This document shows, one piece after another, positions 59,456-64,000 of a DNA stretch of 64,000 bases. The position numbers were made by a program, and so were the translations under genes. The DNA comes from Candidatus Helarchaeota archaeon (GTDB lineage Archaea; Asgardarchaeota; Lokiarchaeia; Helarchaeales; RDOG01). Positions within the stretch are counted from its first letter, which is position 1, and each line of letters starts with the position of its first letter. The stretch is taken from positions 640,001-704,000 of the forward strand of contig JAHPZH010000002.1 of the NCBI GenBank assembly GCA_019058315.1, read 5' to 3'. Under the pieces are notes generated by a model. The model was not told the DNA's origin. It made no database searches and was given only the letters and a program-made list of their open reading frames with translations.

Positions 59456-61249
59456 ATTAGTAAAATTTTACGTATAAATATGAGTGATCTTTCACATAAA
59501 TGGGAAGAACTGCCATCAAAATATGAATCTCTTGCAGGTCGTGCTTTTACATCAACTATTGTTGCTGAAGAAGTAGATCCTACATGCCATCCATTAAGAG
59601 AGTTCAATAAATTCGTGGTATCTCCAGGACTTTTAGCGGGTACCTTTGCACCATCATCTGGAAGATTAAGTGTGGGAGGGAAGTCACCCCTTACAGGTGG
59701 GATAAAAGAAGCCAATGCAGGTGGCCTAACGGCAACTAAATTGGCTTTTATCAATATTAGGGGCATTATTATTGAGGGAATTCCCTCTGCTGGCACTAAA
59801 GATTGGTATAGTATTTTATTACGGAAAGATAAGTGTGAAATTATTAAAACAAATGATTATGCTGGTATAGGTCTTTATGATCTTTTAACTAAGATCTGGA
59901 AAGATTATCCTTCAAAACCTGGTATAATTGGTTGTGGTATGGCAGGTCAACGGCTATCTAAAGGAGCGGGCGTTTTTGGTAATAATATTGAGAATACTGA
60001 CCCTGGAAGATATGCAGGAAGAGGTGGACTTGGAGCTGTTCTTGGCTCAAAAAGAATCGTAGCTATTATCTCCGATGATACTGGGGGCACAAGACCAGAA
60101 CCTAAGGATAAAGAAAAATTCGACAATGGAAGAAAAAAACTTCGAGATGCTCTGAATGAACACCCTGTAACTGGACGACTCAAAGATGCCGAAGGAAATC
60201 CATTTGGCGGTTTAAAAAATTTTGGTACTAACATCTTACAAAATATAATAAACGAAGCAGGAGCTTTACCGACAAAGGGATTTAAAGAAGGGCGATTTGA
60301 ACATGCTGCCAAAATTTCAGGTGAAGCTGTTCATGAACTTGTTGATAAAACTCTTGAAAATTTTGGTGAAAAATCAGAAGGTATTTACGGTCATCCGTGT
60401 CATCCCGGCTGTGTAATGGCTTGCTCTAATGTAGTTCCATATGAAAAAACGGGGAAAGCACAAGTTTCACCTTTGGAATATGAATCAGCATGGGCTTTAG
60501 GAAGTAATCTAGGTATTGGTGTACTACATGATGTAGCGGAGCTCAATAGATTGTGTAATGATCTTGGTCTTGATACAATTGAAACTGGCAATACACTCGC
60601 TATGCTTATGCAAGGTGGACTTCTTAAATTTGGAGATGGTAAAGGTGCTATCGAAGCATTAAAGCAAGTTTATGATGAAAATTCAGCTCTTGGTAGACTT
60701 GTTTGTTCCGGTGCACTTACGGCTGGTCAAGCTTTAGGCGTGACAAGAATACCAGTAGTTAAAGGTCAATCCTTCCCGGCTTATGATCCACGAGCTATTA
60801 GTGGAATAGGGGTAACATATGCAACATCACCAATGGGTGGAGATCATACCGCTGGTTATACAATAGCTGCAGAAATACTCGGTATAAAAGGAGAAAGAGA
60901 AGATCCTCGTAAACTCGAAAAATCTGATTTATCTCGTGCTTTTCAAGCTACTACAGCATATATAGATTCAACTGGTTATTGTTTATTTATAGCTTTTTGC
61001 ATCCTTGATATGGATGAAGGTTTTGGGGGCATGACGGATACTGTAAATGGTTTTCTTGGTAAAGAGATCGATGTTACTGAATATGGAATGAATATTTTGA
61101 AAAAAGAGTATGACTTTAATCGCCGAGCAGGATTTACAAAAAAAGATGATAGACTTCCTGAATTCTTCTATAAAGAGCCTATACCACCACACAATGTCAC
61201 CTTTGATGTTCCTAATGAAGAATTAGATAAAGTTTTCAAGGATTTTTAG
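59456..61249 (+). CDS. aor: Aldehyde:ferredoxin oxidoreductase family protein (second paralog), probable ATT start
   Basis: GKSPLTGGIKEANAGG, AGRGGLGAVLGSK, CHPGCVMACS, EYES, DLGLDTIE, PAYDPR and GGDHT. The conserved N-terminal KILRIN lies upstream of the first ATG (59480). Confidence 0.9.
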   Translation: MSKILRINMSDLSHKWEELPSKYESLAGRAFTSTIVAEEVDPTCHPLREFNKFVVSPGLLAGTFAPSSGRLSVGGKSPLTGGIKEANAGGLTATKLAFINIRGIIIEGIPSAGTKDWYSILLRKDKCEIIKTNDYAGIGLYDLLTKIWKDYPSKPGIIGCGMAGQRLSKGAGVFGNNIENTDPGRYAGRGGLGAVLGSKRIVAIISDDTGGTRPEPKDKEKFDNGRKKLRDALNEHPVTGRLKDAEGNPFGGLKNFGTNILQNIINEAGALPTKGFKEGRFEHAAKISGEAVHELVDKTLENFGEKSEGIYGHPCHPGCVMACSNVVPYEKTGKAQVSPLEYESAWALGSNLGIGVLHDVAELNRLCNDLGLDTIETGNTLAMLMQGGLLKFGDGKGAIEALKQVYDENSALGRLVCSGALTAGQALGVTRIPVVKGQSFPAYDPRAISGIGVTYATSPMGGDHTAGYTIAAEILGIKGEREDPRKLEKSDLSRAFQATTAYIDSTGYCLFIAFCILDMDEGFGGMTDTVNGFLGKEIDVTEYGMNILKKEYDFNRRAGFTKKDDRLPEFFYKEPIPPHNVTFDVPNEELDKVFKDF

Positions 61250-61288
61250 TTCTAAACATATGTTTAGAACCTTCAATCTTTTTTTTAC
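61249..61288 (+). terminator. Perfect 22-bp palindrome followed by a T-tract after the AOR
   Basis: GTTCTAAACATATGTTTAGAAC (61249-61270), then cttcaatcttttttttt. Confidence 0.55.
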
Positions 61289-61329
61289 CTAACAAGGTTT
61301 ATATTATTATAATAAATGGTATTATAGAA

Positions 61330-61638
61330 ATGATTGAAACACATCTCTATGGTAAACTTAGGGCTTTAGTTCCGGGGAGTAAATGTAGTGACGATACCAT
61401 ATTAAATTATGAATATAAAGAGGATGAAACATTCAAACAGTTTATAGAACGAATTGGATTAAAAGCAACAGATCTTGGTGATTGTTTTATAAATGGGACT
61501 TTAGCAAAGCAAACTACTGTACTTCACGACGGAGATAGAGTTGCCTTATTTCCTTTTAATATGGTACTTCTTTGTGGTGGTCAACACTTAAAAGGACATG
61601 GTTATACTCAACGTGATATGAAGATTGATTATTATTAG
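61330..61638 (+). CDS. MoaD/ThiS-like beta-grasp protein with a C-terminal extension
   Basis: IETHLYGKLR...FING...LHDGDRVALFP; GG is internal, followed by 18 residues. Confidence 0.78.
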   Translation: MIETHLYGKLRALVPGSKCSDDTILNYEYKEDETFKQFIERIGLKATDLGDCFINGTLAKQTTVLHDGDRVALFPFNMVLLCGGQHLKGHGYTQRDMKIDYY

Positions 61639-61649
61639 TTGATTAGCCT

Positions 61650-61892
61650 ATGCAAGTATCCGTGAAACTTTATGCAACACTTCGTAAATTTGCTCCAGCT
61701 GGAACAGATATAGGGGAAAGTTTCACAGTAAATCTTGAAAAGGGAATAATTTCAGAATTGATTGATCGATTAGGTATTCCAGAGAATCAAGCTCGTATAA
61801 TATTAATAAATGGTACTCATGCTTCAGATAAGGAGGAAAAATTAAAACCAAATGATTTAATAGTTATATTCCCCCCTATGGGCGGTGGATAA
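61650..61892 (+). CDS. MoaD/ThiS/SAMP family ubiquitin-like sulfur carrier
   Basis: VKLYATLR...LING...IFPPMGGG. Confidence 0.9.
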   Translation: MQVSVKLYATLRKFAPAGTDIGESFTVNLEKGIISELIDRLGIPENQARIILINGTHASDKEEKLKPNDLIVIFPPMGGG

Positions 61893-62163
61893 AGTCTAAT
61901 TATTTCTCATCCTTTTCTATTTTTTTAAATTCTTTATTATAATATATTTAATCAAGAGACCTTAAGCTTAGAAAGACAATAATCTTATCTTTTTTTTATT
62001 TTAAAGCTAGGAAATTTCAAATTATGAACTAAAATTAATAAAATTGTTTAGATTAATGAACAAATAATCTTTAAATTCAAATTTTCTATTCTTTTTAAAG
62101 TTAATAACAACTTGTTTACATTTGATTATTAGCTTTTTTTTTGAAAAAAATAACAACTATTTT

Positions 62164-63216
62164 ATGGAGATTATTATGGCTGCACCACTTTGGGTAGAAC
62201 TTATAGTTTTACAATCTATAATCGGATACTGTTTCGCTATAGCAAATGGATCTATTGGAATTTATAATATAAAAGATTTGAACTTAATGAAAGGTGATAT
62301 TGTAACCGTTAAAGCGCATAAATTATTTGGTCGTATTGAAACAACGTTATTTTATGCTATCACAGTTCAGTGTATAATGATGATGATTCCCGGAGGAATA
62401 CTGAATCCAGGGTTCTATAATATTGGAAGTACGGCTGGAATTCACGTGATAATTGGAGGGATTTCAGGTAATATATTATTTGGAATAAAGTTTGTTAATG
62501 CAGCATTCAGAAAAAATACTATTTACAAATATGGGCAAATACTTGGACCAGTTGGCTTCATTGGTTGGAGTTTACCACATTGGACCAGCTTGGTAAATTA
62601 TTATTTTTATGCAGTTCCAGTTCATCAATTACCAATCTTTATTATACCTAAGAACTTTATTATTTCAGCTATTTTGCCAATCCCTGTCGGTCTATGCCTT
62701 TTTCTTACAGTATTAGTATATAAAGGTGGAGCAAAAGCACAAAAACGTTTTGATATTCACCAAATTGCTTTTATTCTACATGGGATTACTTTTGGTTACG
62801 AACGTGCTGCAAGAGATCTACTTGGAGAACCTGCATTATTTAAATATGTGGTTCCTAAAACATATCAATTTCTAGAAACTATGATGCATTTTATGGGATT
62901 TGAAATTAGGGAATTGGAATCAATGAACTTAAACGAAGCTATGGATATATTTATGAAGAGAGCTGCTAAAATAAATATGGCTGAAAAGATTAAGGTCAAA
63001 TGGAAATCCGATAAAATATTTGAAGTCGAATCTGTAAATTGTTCTACTGCAATTGTGAGAAGTTCTATGAAACCAGAAGAATTAGAAAATGCAATTTGCC
63101 CATGGGCTATCATTGCAGCGACTATTGTAAATAAAATTACTAATAAAGATTTAGAAATTGAACCTTCGGAATTTAATGAAATCGGTGCAAAAACAACTTT
63201 AAAAATAAAAGATTGA
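62164..63216 (+). CDS. Membrane protein with a His-containing TM bundle and a C-terminal V4R-like domain
   Basis: About 5 TM segments with HKLFGR and GIHVIIG; cytoplasmic NCSTA...ICPW. Start is ATG 62164 or 62176. Confidence 0.6.
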   Translation: MEIIMAAPLWVELIVLQSIIGYCFAIANGSIGIYNIKDLNLMKGDIVTVKAHKLFGRIETTLFYAITVQCIMMMIPGGILNPGFYNIGSTAGIHVIIGGISGNILFGIKFVNAAFRKNTIYKYGQILGPVGFIGWSLPHWTSLVNYYFYAVPVHQLPIFIIPKNFIISAILPIPVGLCLFLTVLVYKGGAKAQKRFDIHQIAFILHGITFGYERAARDLLGEPALFKYVVPKTYQFLETMMHFMGFEIRELESMNLNEAMDIFMKRAAKINMAEKIKVKWKSDKIFEVESVNCSTAIVRSSMKPEELENAICPWAIIAATIVNKITNKDLEIEPSEFNEIGAKTTLKIKD

Positions 63217-63235
63217 AATATTTTTTTCCTTTTTT

Positions 63236-64000
63236 TTAAACGAAAAAATTTCGAAAGTCATTTACTTTTTTCATTATTGAAGTAAACTGAGTCTGCTCCT
63301 CTTCTGATAGTTCCGAATAATAAATTTTTGATAATATAGATCCTAATCCCCCTGTTTCTAAACTAGCAATCTGCATAAATGTAAAATATCCATTTATTGG
63401 AAAAGCGGTATACAGAAATTTATTGGAGAATAAAAATGTTGCAAATAATTTCTCTTTAAAAATTTGCTCTGTAACATTTTTGGATGTGTTAATTAATGTT
63501 ATGCAATCAGGAGGTATTAAATCATCCTTTAATTGATAAAGAATATCGTTAGAAATTTGAATTATTCCCGATTTATTAAAAAAGATAAAAATCTCGTTAA
63601 TATTTGATGTTAAATTACTTGGTTTCTTAATGAGTTTTTTTATTTTCTGGGGAGATATCATAGATATATTTAATTGATTTAGTAATTCGTGTTTCCTTTC
63701 CTGAAATACAATAATTTTTTCTGTAACTTTAAAGAGAAGACATCGATTTTTTTCAGTAACAATTAATGTCATTAAAGATTCTTCATTCATAATATCCGAA
63801 ATATTTCTATTTACTGATTTTAATAGAACCATTGCTTGAAAGCTTAAGTCGTCTCTATCGATATATCCTCTAGATTTAATATATAGAATATCACCAGTAG
63901 TCTTTTCAAGAAATAGAAAACATTTAAATTCTTCATCGGAATCAAATACGCTATTAAATTTTAGATAATCATAATAACCATATAAACTAAGTATTTCCTC
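63236..64000 (-). CDS. Hypothetical protein, 5' end outside the window
   Basis: Frame stays open for 56 codons from the track's ATG (63832) to the window edge; FLFLEKTTGDILY is reminiscent of roadblock/longin-like folds. Confidence 0.6.
   Translation of the reverse strand, partial: EEILSLYGYYDYLKFNSVFDSDEEFKCFLFLEKTTGDILYIKSRGYIDRDDLSFQAMVLLKSVNRNISDIMNEESLMTLIVTEKNRCLLFKVTEKIIVFQERKHELLNQLNISMISPQKIKKLIKKPSNLTSNINEIFIFFNKSGIIQISNDILYQLKDDLIPPDCITLINTSKNVTEQIFKEKLFATFLFSNKFLYTAFPINGYFTFMQIASLETGGLGSILSKIYYSELSEEEQTQFTSIMKKVNDFRNFFV

Overview
AT-rich archaeal chromosomal window, most consistent with an Asgard archaeon of the Lokiarchaeia/Helarchaeales type. This assignment is inferred from longin/uDENN-like C-terminal domains, a RING and several zinc-ribbon proteins, LRR and beta-propeller surface proteins, and UGA-selenoproteins with a eukaryote-like SECIS. 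The left two thirds is anaerobic energy and carbon metabolism: hdrC(partial)-hdrB, two GcvH-like proteins, a degenerate CdhC, MobA, TtuA, TrmI, an AOR with a ferredoxin partner, a FATP-type acyl-CoA synthetase, enoyl-CoA hydratase, PGK, class I GAPDH and a GlcD/HdrD pair. The ORF track misses or splits an hdrA-mvhD-fdhB/frhB operon: four in-frame UGA codons sit at conserved Cys positions and one SECIS-like hairpin follows mvhD. The right third is an accessory region with a tandem duplication of an FG-GAP propeller/98-aa/LRR unit, other surface propellers, an orphan HerA-type ATPase and a second AOR with two ubiquitin-like proteins. Two unexplained structured non-coding stretches stand out. One is a 255-nt RNA with a tRNA T-arm that starts exactly at the stop codon of a DIP1984-family gene (58374-58628, minus strand). 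The other is a ~600-nt multi-hairpin element at ~16770-17365. All family assignments come from motif recognition by eye; no database searches or folding programs were run.
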